Positions 1 through 11,673 of a stretch of 64,000 nucleotides of DNA are shown here, in pieces (within the stretch, counting starts at the first letter, position 1; each line of letters opens with the position of its first letter). The translations under genes and the position numbers were made by a program. Under the pieces are notes generated by a model that saw only the letters and a list, made by a program, of their open reading frames with translations, was not told the DNA's origin and ran no database searches. Source of the stretch: Octopus vulgaris (Eukaryota); assembly GCA_951406725.2 (NCBI GenBank), contig OX597833.1, forward strand, positions 21,824,001 to 21,888,000. Reading direction: 5' to 3'.

Positions 1-170
1 TTTTGACAAATTGAATTTAAGTGTTGAAGTGAATCTAAGGGTTTTTATGTGTTTTTAAATGGTTTATAAACACCTTTCACGCTGCAATTGTTTATGTTTC
101 AACACACGATCTCAGATCAGGTCATTTGCTATGCAAGTACATCTCCGTAATACACACACACACACACATA

Positions 171-567
171 TCTTTATATATACAAGAGAAGTTGTGTGTC
201 TGTCTCCTACGATTTTGATTCCTAACTACTCCCACATTTTGCGGTGCAGTTTAACCAAAACCGGGTATCTTATAGTCGTGATTCATATCGAGCCCTTCTG
301 GGTATTAGCGCGCATCTACGATGAGTCTACGATTAAAAAAAAAATTTACCATCATTTTTTTCCATTTTAATGCATTTTTTCGCTATTATATAAGGGAAGT
401 AACTCTCTAAAAATGTTTACGATGAGTCAACGATGTTTAAAAAAATTTACCATAATTTTTTTTCCCTTTTTAGTGCATTTTTTTGCTATTTTTTGGCTAT
501 AACTCTCTAAAATGCTTATATAGTTATTTCCCTTACAAACCCGAGCAACGCCGGGCGATACTACTAG
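171..567 (+). mobile_element. Non-autonomous Helitron-like element
   Basis: Begins TC (171) after A and ends CTAG (564-567) before T. Subterminal GC hairpin CCCGAGC-AAC-GCCGGG at 540-555. No TSD. The 3' ~120 bp are shared with 52093-52464. Confidence 0.75.
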
Positions 568-577
568 TATATATATA

Positions 578-780
578 AAACAAGAGCACTCAGAGAGCGC
601 AAACCTCCGCCAAAGCAACAGCAGCGATTTGTCGGAGATAATTTTTAAATGAGAATATCTGAAATAGACTCGACTGCTCTCACAATACGAAAAATGAATC
701 CGACCGCTCTCAAATATTAAGTAAAAAAAAAAAACGGAAAAATGATCTAGATTCCTTATCCGGTACCTGACTGATCCCAA
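578..780. mobile_element. Fragment of a Helentron/HINE(DINE)-like non-autonomous element; probably continues at ~1790-1912
   Basis: AACAAGAGCACTCAGAGAGCGCAAACCTCCGCC end with short hairpin. GATCTAGATTCCTTATCCGG here resembles AATCCAGAATCCTTGTCCGG at ~1795. Family assignment is from memory of similar metazoan repeats. Confidence 0.4.
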
Positions 781-916
781 TGGTAGTCATGAAATGTGAA
801 GGTGGGTGTGTAGGCCGTGTTTCTAATGCTGTGTGTAGGTATCGTCTGCACTGGGAACAGCGACAGTTTTCCCTACGAAGGCCTTTGTTAGTCTATCCAC
901 TGATATAGTGTCTTTA

Positions 917-1274
917 AGTGGAGGCGCAATGGCCCAGTGGTTAGGGCAGCGGACTCGCGGTCGTAAGATCGCAGTTTCGATTCCCAGACCGGGCGTTGTG
1001 AGTGTTTATTGAGCGAAAACACCTAAAAGCTCCACGAGGCTCCGGCAGGGGATGGTGGTGATCCCTGCTGTACTCTTTCACCACAACTTTCTCTCAGTCT
1101 TTCTTCCTGTTTCTGTTGTACCTGTATTTCAAAGAGCCGGCCTTGTCACTCTCTGTGTCACGCTGAGTATCCCCGAGAACTACGTTAAGGGTACACGTTA
1201 ATTACACGAGCAGGCTGTTCCGTTGGTCGGATCAACCGGAACCCTCCTCGTCGTAACCGACGGAGTGCTTCCAC
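917..1274 (+). mobile_element. SINE-A, tRNA-derived, full length
   Basis: A box TGGCCCAGTGG and B-box-like GTTTCGATTCC. 12-bp TSD ATAGTGTCTTTA at 905-916 and 1275-1286. Homologous to 11221-11580 and 51527-51917. Confidence 0.9.
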
Positions 1275-2075
1275 ATAGTGTCTTTACGACCATTAAGGTC
1301 TGTAGTGAAAAATTTATCCGAGCTTGAAAGAAAATGGGAAGGACCTGAATACAGTGCTGTTAACGGAGGTTTAACAACATCGTTGCGCACGAAAACGTGA
1401 GTCAAAGAAGTAAAGCTTCCTTCAAGGCAGGGCTAGAAAATGCAATTGTCAAGTAGGTAAGAGGCTTTAAACAGTAAATTGGTAAAGCTAAAAAATTGTC
1501 GAGGATAAATTAAATTTATTATTGTTACTGAATATGTTAGTTTTATTTACTTTCTGAATGGTTTTGCTGCCTTTGTTTATGTAGTTTGATTTCTTTATCC
1601 ATCAGTTTCTACTAAGATAGAGACGCGAGTAAAATTAGTAATAGGGAAACGAAAATAAAACTTTGGAAACAGCAACGCCGCCATAACTTACGTGGAGACC
1701 ATGAGCGTGCTTTCAAGGGAGATAATCAGAGAAAGACTTGAAAGTGAACGTAAGATCGCAATACGTCAAGTAAAGTAAAGTAAATACAACAAATAATCCA
1801 GAATCCTTGTCCGGAACCGGATCGAGCCCAAAATCTAATCAGTAATGGGGCCAAACATCCCTGAAAGTTTCATCCGAATCCATCCAGCAGTTCTTAAGAT
1901 ATCTTGTCTACGGTGTCATTCATTCACCATTACACGTGTTTCATTTGCGAATGGGAAGGACAAAGTTTTACATGTTAAAGAGACATGTAAGGAATTCCCT
2001 ATTAGAAATTCATTTGATAGACGAATTAACGATATCCCAACTTAAATTTACCCTTACTAACTACACTATACATAC

Positions 2076-2077
<2 letters not shown>

Positions 2078-2121
<44 letters not shown>
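2078..2121. repeat. (GT)n microsatellite
   Basis: Seen directly. Confidence 0.95.
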
Positions 2122-2124
<3 letters not shown>

Positions 2125-2142
2125 TTTCAAAAATTGAACATA

Positions 2143-2510
2143 AGTGTGTGGCTGTGTGGTAAGAAACTTGCCAACCACATGGTTCTGAGTTCAGTCCCAC
2201 ATCGTGGCAACTTGAGAAAATATCTTCTACTATAGCTTCTAGCCGACCAAAGCCTTGTTAGTGGATTTGGTAGGCGGAAACTGTAAGAAGGCCGTCGTAT
2301 GTGTGTGCCTTTGTGTCCATGTCTGTCCACCACCATTTGACAACTGGTACTGGTTTGTTTACACCTTCGTAAGGTAGCAGTTCGGCAAAAGAAATTGATA
2401 GAATAAATTTGAGGCTTTAAAAAATGGACTGGGGTCAATTCCTTCGACTACCAATTTCTCAAGGTGGTGGCCCAGCATGGCTGCAGTCTAATGACTGAAA
2501 CAAGTAAAAC
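2143..2510 (+). mobile_element. SINE-C, diverged copy
   Basis: TGGCTGTGTGGTAAG head, GGATTTGGTAG.CGGAAACTG middle and CAGCATGGC.GCAGTC..ATGACTGAAACAAGTAAAA tail, as in many copies in the window. Confidence 0.85.
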
Positions 2511-2699
2511 AAAAATGTACGACAAAGGGCGAACGGGAAACATACGCAAGACATGGACGTACTCGTTCCTCGTCAGTTATCGTCCAAACAAAATCATTAC
2601 AATTTCATACTTTTAACGATAATATTGTTCATTTTTCATGGCTTCATCATTGAATAGACACTGGGAATAATGAACGATACACATACATGCACGCGTGTA

Positions 2700-2887
2700 C
2701 ACACACACACATACATACATAATACATACATACATACATACATACATACAGACATACATACATACATACATACATACATACATACATACAGACATACATA
2801 CATACATACATACATACATACATACATACAGACATACATACATACATACATACATACATACATACATACATACATACATACATACAC
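2700..2887. repeat. (CATA)n microsatellite
   Basis: Seen directly. Confidence 0.95.
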
Positions 2888-3007
2888 CGCGACGTGACTC
2901 AAGAGCGGAGAGGTTCGTGGTTTGTACATTCCTGAGAGCCATGGACGAAACTCACGAATCTTGAGTCACTTGCCCTATTAAAAATATGAAAATCAGTACA
3001 CACACTT

Positions 3008-3056
<49 letters not shown>

Positions 3057-3149
3057 CTGGGTATGGCTTTAAGCAGCATCTGGTAGAGAAGCTGTGGTTC
3101 AAAAGTTCCAGGGTTTTGAAGAGTGTGGTACCACCTTGTAGCCACTATT

Positions 3150-3579
3150 GTTCCTGTTGTAGTAGCATCTGTTATGGCCCCAACAATTAGTTAACTAGAA
3201 TGTGAACCACTGAGAACGAAGGGCCCCTAGTTCTCGTTAGATCTTCCTTCTAAGAGAAGGTAAACTCTTATGAAAACAGTACCTGAGTGCAGTTGTTTCC
3301 TGGTCGTCTCAGCCTCTGTTGGGCCACTGGTTTATAGACGATTGCATTGAGAAGTGGGTTCAGTGGTGTACAACTCTTAATCCACTCAAAACGAATTCAT
3401 GCACAGGAACTTCTTGGATTCTCGAAACATTCATGAACGTACCGAGTTTAGGAAGTACTCTTACTCGGTCACGACTTGACTCCCACCATGTGCGCGCGCG
3501 TACAGAGAGGAAGACAGACAAATAGAGATAGATAGAGAGACCTTCAGACAGTCAGGTAGATATATATATATATAGAGAG

Positions 3580-3666
<87 letters not shown>

Positions 3667-4122
3667 AGATACAGAGAAAGACAGAAAATGAGAGTGCGAG
3701 TTGTTATGAACGAAGTTTCTTGGATCGATTTTCAAACTTGTTAACCTCGCTGTCATATAATGCAATAATGCGGTGATTGATTTTTTTTTGGAAATCTATC
3801 ATATAGCAAACGGCACTATTGGTCACAAATTGTGGCATATATCAATGTGTGTGAGTGTGTGTGTGTGTGTGTGTTTCTTTTATCTTTTACTTGTTTCAGT
3901 CATTAGACTGCGGCCCACTTCTCAACGCAATCGTCTATAAACCAGTGGCACAACAGAGGCTGAGACGACTAGGAAACAACTGCACTCAGGTACTATTTTC
4001 ATAAGAGTTTACCTTCTCTTAGAAGGAAGATCTAACGAGAACTAGGAGCCCTTCGTTCTCAGTGGTTCATACGCTAGTTAACTAATTGTTGGGACCATAA
4101 CAGATGCCACTACATCAGGAAC
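3150..4122. repeat. 209-bp inverted repeat pair (3150-3358 and 3914-4122)
   Basis: Reverse-complement alignment by eye gives about 11 substitutions and no indels. Confidence 0.9.
3560..3660. repeat. Compound (TA)n/(GATA)n/(GA)n microsatellite
   Basis: Seen directly. Confidence 0.95.
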
Positions 4123-4481
4123 CACCTTGAAGAATCGACCCCAGTACTTATATTCTTTAAGCCTGATACTTATTCTAACGATCTCTTTTGCCGAACCGCT
4201 AAATTACGTAGACGTAGACACACCAACACTGGTAGCCGTGTGTTGACGGTGGTGGAGACAGAGACAATCACAGACACACAGACAAATGGATATATATACA
4301 TAAATGTATGTAATGGGCTCCTTTCAGTTTCCGTCAACTAAATCTATTCACAAGGCTTTGGTCAGCCTGAGGTTATATAGTAGAAGACACATGCTTAAGA
4401 TGCCGTGCAATGGGACTAAACCCGCAATGGTAGAAACCATGTGGTTGGTAAGCAATCTACTTACCACACAGCCATGCCTGC
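3876..4481 (-). mobile_element. SINE-C interrupted by the 209-bp inverted insertion
   Basis: Tail at 3876-3915; consensus resumes at 4121 (ACCACCTTGA); head ends ~4481. Confidence 0.85.
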
Positions 4482-4482
4482 A

Positions 4483-4551
<69 letters not shown>

Positions 4552-4552
<1 letters not shown>

Positions 4553-5277
4553 TTTTATTCTTTAGCTTGCTGCAGTCAAATGACTGCAGCCATGCTAGAG
4601 CATCACCTTAAAGGGTTTGATTCGAAGCTTAGGACTTATTCTATAGGAACTTTTGCCAAAACGCTAAGTTACGGGGACATAATCACACCAGCATCAGTCG
4701 TTAAGCGATGGTGAAGGGGGGAGGGGGAAACATAGACACAAACACATAAACACATACATGCATGGGATTGTACCTAGAAAGTTACCCTCCGAGGCACAAG
4801 TCCGGGCAATGTCGTTTATGGAAGACCAGCAGTCGCCCATGCATACCCCCAGCCTCCCCTCTTTATGTCACCGATGGAAAGGCAAAGGGGCCGATACAGC
4901 TTGGCACCAATAACGTCGCAACTCATTTCTACAGCTGAGTGAACTGGAGCAACGTGAAATGAAGTGTCTTGCTCAGGAACACAACACACCGCCTGGTCCG
5001 GGAATCGAACTCACAACTACGCGATCGTAAAGCTCGACGCTCTAAACACTGAGCCGTGTGCCTTCATACTCACACACACACACACACACACACTCACACA
5101 CACACATATATATATATATACATGACAGGCTTCTTTCAGTTTCCATCTACCAAATCCATTCACAAGGGTTTGGTCGGTCCGAGGCTATAATAGAAGATAC
5201 CTGCCCAAGGTGCCACGCAAAGGGACTGAATGCAGAACCATGTCGTTGGAAAGCACGCTACGTATTACACAACCACA
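4552..5277 (-). mobile_element. SINE-C with a nested SINE in its internal microsatellite
   Basis: 3' half at 4552-4760 and 5' half at 5066-5277 match the SINE-C consensus. Confidence 0.8.
4762..5064 (-). mobile_element. tRNA-headed SINE with the SINE-D head/core and a distinct 3' tail
   Basis: Minus strand GGCTCAGTGTTTAGAG...GAGTTCGATTCC (A/B boxes), then the CTGAGCAAGACACTTCATTTCACGTTGCTCCAGT core shared with 5652-5909; the tail differs. Confidence 0.8.
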
Positions 5278-5651
5278 TATATATTTCGTTTGCATGTTCC
5301 AGTCAGTAGGCTACGGTCATGCTGGAGCACCGGCTTAAAGGACCTAATCTTAATACTTAGTACTTCGTTTTAAGTCGGGTACTTATTCGATCGGCTCCTT
5401 TCAGCGGAGTTACTTAATTGCGGGAACGTAAACGAATCAATAACGGTCGTAGAGAGAATGAAAAGCGCGTGCACGCACACACACGACGCCCTTCCAAACA
5501 CTTTGGTCGAAAGTAGATCAACCAGGAAAGTGAATAAACATAGTCGTACCTATGTCCGTGTATTTGCGCATGCGCACCCAGACTCACGCACAGACGCACA
5601 CACACACACATGTGCACACACTAGGTAACAAAACACTTGTACACCAAAGAG

Positions 5652-5909
5652 AAAATAATAAAATAAATGCGCCCTTTTAAAGCCTAGCCAGGTTCATGGG
5701 CCCGGTTTCCCGGTTTCAATGGCGTATGTGTTCCCCAGCTGGACGGGATGCCAGTCCATCGCAGCGTTATTCATTTTTGCCAGCTGAGTGGACTGGAGCA
5801 ACGTGAAATGAAGTGTTTTGCTCAAGAACACAACGCGTCGCCCGGTCCAGGAATCACAATCTTACGATCACAGTGCTGACACCCTAACCACTAAGCCACG
5901 CGCCCCCAA
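5652..5909 (-). mobile_element. SINE-D, tRNA-derived, with V-domain-like segment
   Basis: Head GGCGCGTGGCTTAGTGGTTAGGG. GCTGCGATGGACTGGCATCCCGTCCAG resembles the V-SINE domain. 11-bp TSD ACACCAAAGAG at 5641-5651 and 5910-5920. Confidence 0.85.
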
Positions 5910-6254
5910 ACACCAAAGAGTACATCATATTTACTATTAGCAATGCATTTTTTTTTCATCGGTGTTAAACAAATGTTTGTATAAATTATGAATTTTATGG
6001 TGCTACGACCTGAGTTAATATAGCGAAAGAATAAACAGAAAAAGTCAACTTCCGATACATGACATAAAAAATAAATTTGCGTGAACCTTATCTCTTAGCA
6101 AGTCTAATAAGTCTTCTAATAAGGAATGCTGTTCAGACAATACTATTTCTCATAAACTAGTGTAAAAACGGACTCCTTCTATGAAATGCAGTATAGGCTT
6201 ATCAGTTATGTGGGTGTTGAGTATAAAACATCCTGGAACGAAACAAGGCAAGAC

Positions 6255-6760
6255 TTCCGCTCGTCCCCCCCCCCCCCCAAAAAAAAACACTTTCTAAGAA
6301 AAATTTTTTTTTCCCGACACAAACCCCGCCTTTTCAGCTACGAGGATTACGAATCTGCAAAAAAATTGGCAAAAATCGACATTTCTAAATTACCACCTCC
6401 CACCCCCATTTCCTTCATTTTAAACTTTTTTCACAATTTTTTTTCCTTCAAAATATGCGGAAAAATACGGAGATTATGATTCTGTAAAAAAATTTCCAAA
6501 AATCTTAGTAAAATTTCTTTTTAAGAAATTTTTTTTTTATAAATATGCGGAAAAATACTGACATCATGATTCGGACAAAAATTTCAAAACATTTCTGTAC
6601 TTACGGTTACAGTTTTAGGGGTTTAGGGTTAGGGTTTTAGGGTTAGTGTTGGGGAAAAAGTCAAATTTGAAGAAGTTGGGGGGGGGGGTTCCCACAATGC
6701 CGATTTTTGGCAATTTTCCGGAACCTCCGTATCCGAAAACGGAGATTTTTGAACAAAAAC
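6255..6760. mobile_element. Probable non-autonomous DNA element with internal duplication and TTAGGG-like repeats
   Basis: AAATATGCGGAAAAATAC at ~6451 and ~6541. Inverted motif TTGGCAAAAATCG / CGATTTTTGGCAA. TTAGGG/TTTTAGGG run at 6613-6647. Confidence 0.4.
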
Positions 6761-6761
6761 A

Positions 6762-7016
6762 AGATCTTTTCAATCTCAGTCACAGATTTTTTAATTAATT
6801 TTTTTTTAGCTAAACAGTTTGAAACTTCGGATTTTGGTTGAATGTGTCACGTAGAACACGGTTTACTCTTAATGTTTGTGACAAGATTTTGTATTTTAGA
6901 AGTTATTTCGTGTTAAAGTTGTCGTATTTGGGTAATTTTAACCAATCAATGACGTGTATTCAGCTGAAGAAAGTTATTGCTGTTTGCGAAAGTAATGGAA
7001 GAGCAACAACTTCTGG
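6762..7016 (+). mobile_element. One arm of the MITE family found at 16597-17106
   Basis: Aligns to the reverse complement of 16863-17105 (AACCAATCAA.GACGTGTATTCAG.TGAA, CAACAACTTC.GG). Confidence 0.7.
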
Positions 7017-7356
7017 GTCATCGGGTCATGAAAGAGAAAAAAAGAAAGAGAGAGAGAGAGAGGGGGGGAGAAAAGTATAAAAGATAAGAAAGGTGGATGA
7101 GAAAAACAAAAAGTTATTGGTGGGGTATGCATACGTGTGTGCGTGCGTGTGTATTTTTTTCCATTTTATCCAATGTGTCCTCACGTTTATATAATGTTAG
7201 CGTGTAACAGTGAGAGAGATTTGGCTATTATTTCCAACAGGTCAAGCAACTATACAGATTATCACTTTTTTTCACATACACAGACAGTTTCCGTGTACTA
7301 AATCCACTCACAAGGCTTTGGTCGGCCTGAGGCTGTAGTACAAGTCACTTGCCACT

Positions 7357-7510
7357 GGGTGTGTGGTAAGTAGCGTGTTTACCAGCCACATGGTTCCGGG
7401 TTCAGTCTCACTGCGTAGCACCTTGGGCAAGTGTCTACTGCTGTAGCCTCAAGGCAACCAAAACCTTGCGAATGGATTTGGTAGACGGAAACTGAAAGAA
7501 GCCGTCGTAT
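7357..7510 (+). mobile_element. SINE-C 5' half, preceded by an opposite-strand SINE-C fragment at 7283-7355
   Basis: Matches SINE-C consensus. Confidence 0.8.
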
Positions 7511-7525
7511 ATGTATGTATGTATG

Positions 7526-7557
<32 letters not shown>

Positions 7558-7561
7558 TGTA

Positions 7562-7641
<80 letters not shown>

Positions 7642-7667
7642 CATACATACATACATACATACATACA

Positions 7668-7699
<32 letters not shown>

Positions 7700-7700
7700 C
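7508..7700. repeat. (TATG)n-(CATA)n-(TA)n-(CATA)n compound microsatellite
   Basis: Seen directly. Confidence 0.95.
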
Positions 7701-7897
7701 ACAGTTAAATAACAAATGCTGAAATAACTTAGGCAGACACAAATACAATCACAGATACACTAAACATACACACACACGCACACACACTCTCTCTCTCCAC
7801 ATACAAACACACACACACACACACACATTGACACATATGCAGTCTGCCTCACAGACACAGACTATGAAGTAGGCACACCAACATTGCCAAACCGTCT

Positions 7898-7928
<31 letters not shown>

Positions 7929-8006
7929 CACACGCTCTAGTGATAATTGTATTGTTGATAGTAAATAAATTGCACACAAGTTTGTAGTGGTTAAGAAGTG
8001 AGAACA

Positions 8007-8078
8007 GTAGTAGTAGTGGTGGTGGTGGTGGTGGTGGTGGTGGTGGTAGTAGTAGTATTAGTTGTAGTGGTGGTGGTG

Positions 8079-8118
<40 letters not shown>

Positions 8119-8123
8119 GGGTG

Positions 8124-8203
<80 letters not shown>

Positions 8204-8255
8204 GGTGGAGGTAGTAGTAGTAGTAGTAGTAGGGTTGGTGGTGGTGGTGGTGGCG
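8007..8255. repeat. Alternating (GTA)n/(GTG)n trinucleotide array
   Basis: Seen directly. Confidence 0.95.
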
Positions 8256-8383
8256 GTCGCGGAGGCAATAGTTGACGTAATTGTAGTAACTTTTCTTTAG
8301 GTCATCGAGCAAGATCTATGATCAAAGGCATTCCAGCCGTTCGTGACCATCCCGTATTTTTTTTCTGTTTTTGTGTGTCTATT

Positions 8384-8385
8384 TG

Positions 8386-8420
<35 letters not shown>

Positions 8421-8423
8421 GTG

Positions 8424-8511
<88 letters not shown>

Positions 8512-8516
8512 GTGTT

Positions 8517-8549
<33 letters not shown>

Positions 8550-8557
8550 GTGTTGTG

Positions 8558-8636
<79 letters not shown>
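8384..8636. repeat. Imperfect (GT)n microsatellite inside an old interspersed repeat (repeat E)
   Basis: Flanks TCTATGATCAAAGGCATTCCAGCCG...GACCATCCC and CTGCTATTTCTAGCAG recur at ~10975-11150, 17225-17300, 18240-18440 and 21240-21400. Confidence 0.85.
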
Positions 8637-9067
8637 CAACGTGCTGGGGAAACACAAGACTACATTGTGTGTCTCTCTGCTATTTCTAGCAGACCGGGTG
8701 ACCATGTAGACCAGTCATGGACAAAGTGCAGCTCGCGGGACTTTCTGAATGGCATAGCTATCTTTTTATTTCTAATCTTTTACTATTCTCACTCATGAGA
8801 CTGCGGTCATGCTGGGGCACCACCTTGAATAATTTTAGTCGACCCCAGTACTCAACGAAAAATTGCCTCGAATAGTTTTTAGTGGTGCGGCCCGCCTGAT
8901 GAAGAACCTTGTCTCGTGCAGTCCACGGTAATTCTTTGGTTATTGGTAGACATCATTAACTCACATCCTTCCGTCATGGCAGATAAAGAGGTTAGGCTAA
9001 AGAAGAGGCTGAATGATGTCTTCTCACACCGACACACTGTAGGCCGATACCGATAGATCGTCCAGCC

Positions 9068-10107
9068 TATAAAGGCGGCGAGCTGGCGGAAACGTTAGCA
9101 CGCCGGGCGAAATGCTTTGCGGTATTTCGTCTACCGTTACGTTCTGAGTTCAAATTCCGCCGAGGTCGACTTTGCCTTTCATCCTTTCGAGGTCGATAAA
9201 TTAAGTACCAGTTACGCACTGGGGTCGATATGATCGACTTAAGCCCCTTGTTTGAAATAGGTATTTCGTCTGCCGCTACGTTCTGAGTTCAAATTCCGCC
9301 GAGATCAACTTTGCCTTTCATCCATTCGGGGTCGATTAAATAAGTACCAGTTACGCACTGGAGTCGATATAATCGACTTAATCCGTTTGTCTGTCCTTGT
9401 TTGTCCTCTCTGTGTTTAGCTCCTTGTGGATAGTAAAGAAATAAATATTTAGGGCGGCAAGCTGGGAGAAACGTTAGCACGCCGGGCGAATTGCTTAGCA
9501 GTATTTCGTCTGCCGTTACGTTCTGAGTTCAAATTCCGCCGAGATCAACTTTGCCTTTCATCCATTCAGGGTCGATTAAATAAGTACCAGTTACGCACTG
9601 GAGTCGATATAATCGACTTAATCCGTTTGTTTGTCCTTGTTTGTCCTCTCTGTGTTTAGCCCCTTGTGAGTAGTAAAGAAATAAATATTTAGGGCGGCGA
9701 GCTGGCAGAAACGTTAGCACGCCGGGCGAAATGCTTTGCAGTATTTTGTCTGCCGTTACGTTCTGAGTTCAAATTCCGCCGAGGTCGACTTTGCCTTTCA
9801 TCCTTTCGGGATCGATAAATTAAGTACAAGTTACGCACTGGGGTCGATGTAATCGACTTGATCCGTCTATCTGTCCTTGTTTGTCCCCTCTGTGTTTAGC
9901 CCCTTGTGGGTAGTAAAGAAATAGGTATTTCGTCTGCCGTTACGTTCTGAGTTCAAATTCTGCCGAGGTCGACTTTGCCTTTCATCCTTTCGGGGTCGAT
10001 AAATTAAGTACCAGTTACGCACTGGGGTCGGTATAATCGACTTAATCCGTTTGTCTGTCCTTGTTTGTCCCCTCTGTGATGAGCCCCTTGTGGGCAGTAA
10101 TGGAATA
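9068..10107 (+). mobile_element. Tandem array of five SINE-B units
   Basis: Five copies of GTTCTGAGTTCAAATTC.GCCGAG.TC.ACTTTGCCTTTCATCC. 13-bp TSD AGATCGTCCAGCC at 9055-9067 and 10108-10120. Confidence 0.92.
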
Positions 10108-10321
10108 AGATCGTCCAGCCCACTTCTCGTAAAAGGTGGCCTATGTCTGACATAAAACGTTTCCTCTTTGGTTCGTGTCTTCGTCTTAAGTTGAATATCA
10201 CGACGGAGGAGAAGGAAAGGGAGGTAAGGATGGAAATATAGACAGACAAGCAATTGAAACAAGCAGACCATCTGACAGACAGACAGACAGAGGCAAAGAA
10301 AGAAAGAGACAGAAAAGGAGA

Positions 10322-10363
<42 letters not shown>

Positions 10364-10614
10364 CGACCAAACCGGATCATCGTTATGCAGTGACTGTTGA
10401 TGTTTTTAACCCAATGTTTGAAGCAGTCCGATGACGATCAAAGGGGTTCAAGCCGTGGCACACCTCGCTTTTCTTTGTGTGTTTTGTTTGGGAAGATGAC
10501 ACGGTGTGATGTGTGGGAGATTTAACTGCTATTACTAGCAGCTCAAGCAACTGCGCCAGAAGCTTCCCCCACTCCCAACGTCCTTGACTCGCGGTGACAG
10601 CTGTTGTCGTTGGT

Positions 10615-10806
10615 GCTGCTGCTGCTACTACTACTACTACTACTACTACCACTGCTACTACTACTACTACTACTACTGCTACTACTACTACTACTACTAC
10701 TGCTGCTACTACTACTACCACCACCACCACTGCTACTACTACTACCACTACTACTGCTGCTACTACTCCTACTAGTTGTAGTAGTGGTGGTGGCGGTAGC
10801 GGTGGC

Positions 10807-10843
<37 letters not shown>

Positions 10844-10935
10844 TGGTGATGACCACGACGACGACAATGATAATGATGATGATGATGATAATGATGCAGT
10901 AGTGGTGGTGGTGGTGGTGGTGGTGGTGGTGGTGA
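10615..10935. repeat. (CTG/CTA/CCA)n then (GTA/GAT/GTG)n trinucleotide arrays
   Basis: Seen directly. Confidence 0.95.
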
Positions 10936-11151
10936 AGGAGGCGGAGGACGTGGTGTCGATGATGAAAAGGATCGCTGTTTAGCCCCGGTTGACCAAAGCG
11001 CTCCAGCCGCAATCATCCCATCTTATTTTCTTCAATGTGCTCAGGACTATATTAGCCCTTAATGTCCTCTTTTCATCTTTCCTAAGATGGTAAATTGTGA
11101 TTCACGGGAAATGCGACTGCTATTTCTAGCAGGTTAAGCAACAAAGTAGAG

Positions 11152-11673
11152 CAGTCATTGGGGCAAACTGCGGCCCGCAGGCCTTTCTGAATGACACACC
11201 AAACGAAAAATTACCTTGAATATGGAAGTACTCCGTCGGTTACGACGACGAGGGTTCCGGTTGATCCGATCGTGAAATTAACGTGTAAGTGGCTGAGCAC
11301 TCCACAGACACGTGTACACTTAACGTAGTTCTCGGGGATATTCAGCGTGACACAGAGAGTGACAAGGCCGGCCCTTTGAAATACAGGTACAACAGAAACA
11401 GGAAGTAAGAGTGAGAGAAAGTTGTGGTGAAAGAGTACAGCAGGGATCACCACCATCCCTGCCGGAGCCTCGTGGAGCTTTAGGTGTTTTCGCTCAATAA
11501 ACACTCACAACGCCCGGTCTGGGAATCGAAACCGCGATCCTACGACCGCGAGTCCGCTGCCCTAACCACTGGGCCATTGAATATATATATATTTCTTTTT
11601 TGCAGTGTGGCCCACCTGAAAATGAGTCATGTCTCATGCAGCCCGGCTCTTAAAAAAACGTTGCCCATTCTTG
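11152..11673 (+). mobile_element. hAT(Charlie)-like MITE carrying a nested SINE-A
   Basis: Imperfect TIRs CAGTCATTGGGGCAAAC / GTTGCCCATTCTTG, GCGGCCCGC subterminal motif, imperfect 8-bp TSD AAGTAGAG / ATGTGGAG. Confidence 0.65.
11221..11579 (-). mobile_element. SINE-A
   Basis: Close reverse-complement match to 917-1274. Confidence 0.9.

Noticed and set aside
917-1000. tRNA genes at SINE heads (also 13729-13801, 14615-14690, 51840-51917)
   Set aside because: A/B boxes are present but acceptor, anticodon and T stems do not pair properly, and each continues into repeat body.
8896-8940. Hammerhead at CTGATGAAG
   Set aside because: No stem II followed by GAAA and a UH site downstream.
9068-10107. 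CRISPR-like array
   Set aside because: Units are 170-240 bp SINE copies with no unique spacers; the context is eukaryotic and has no cas genes.
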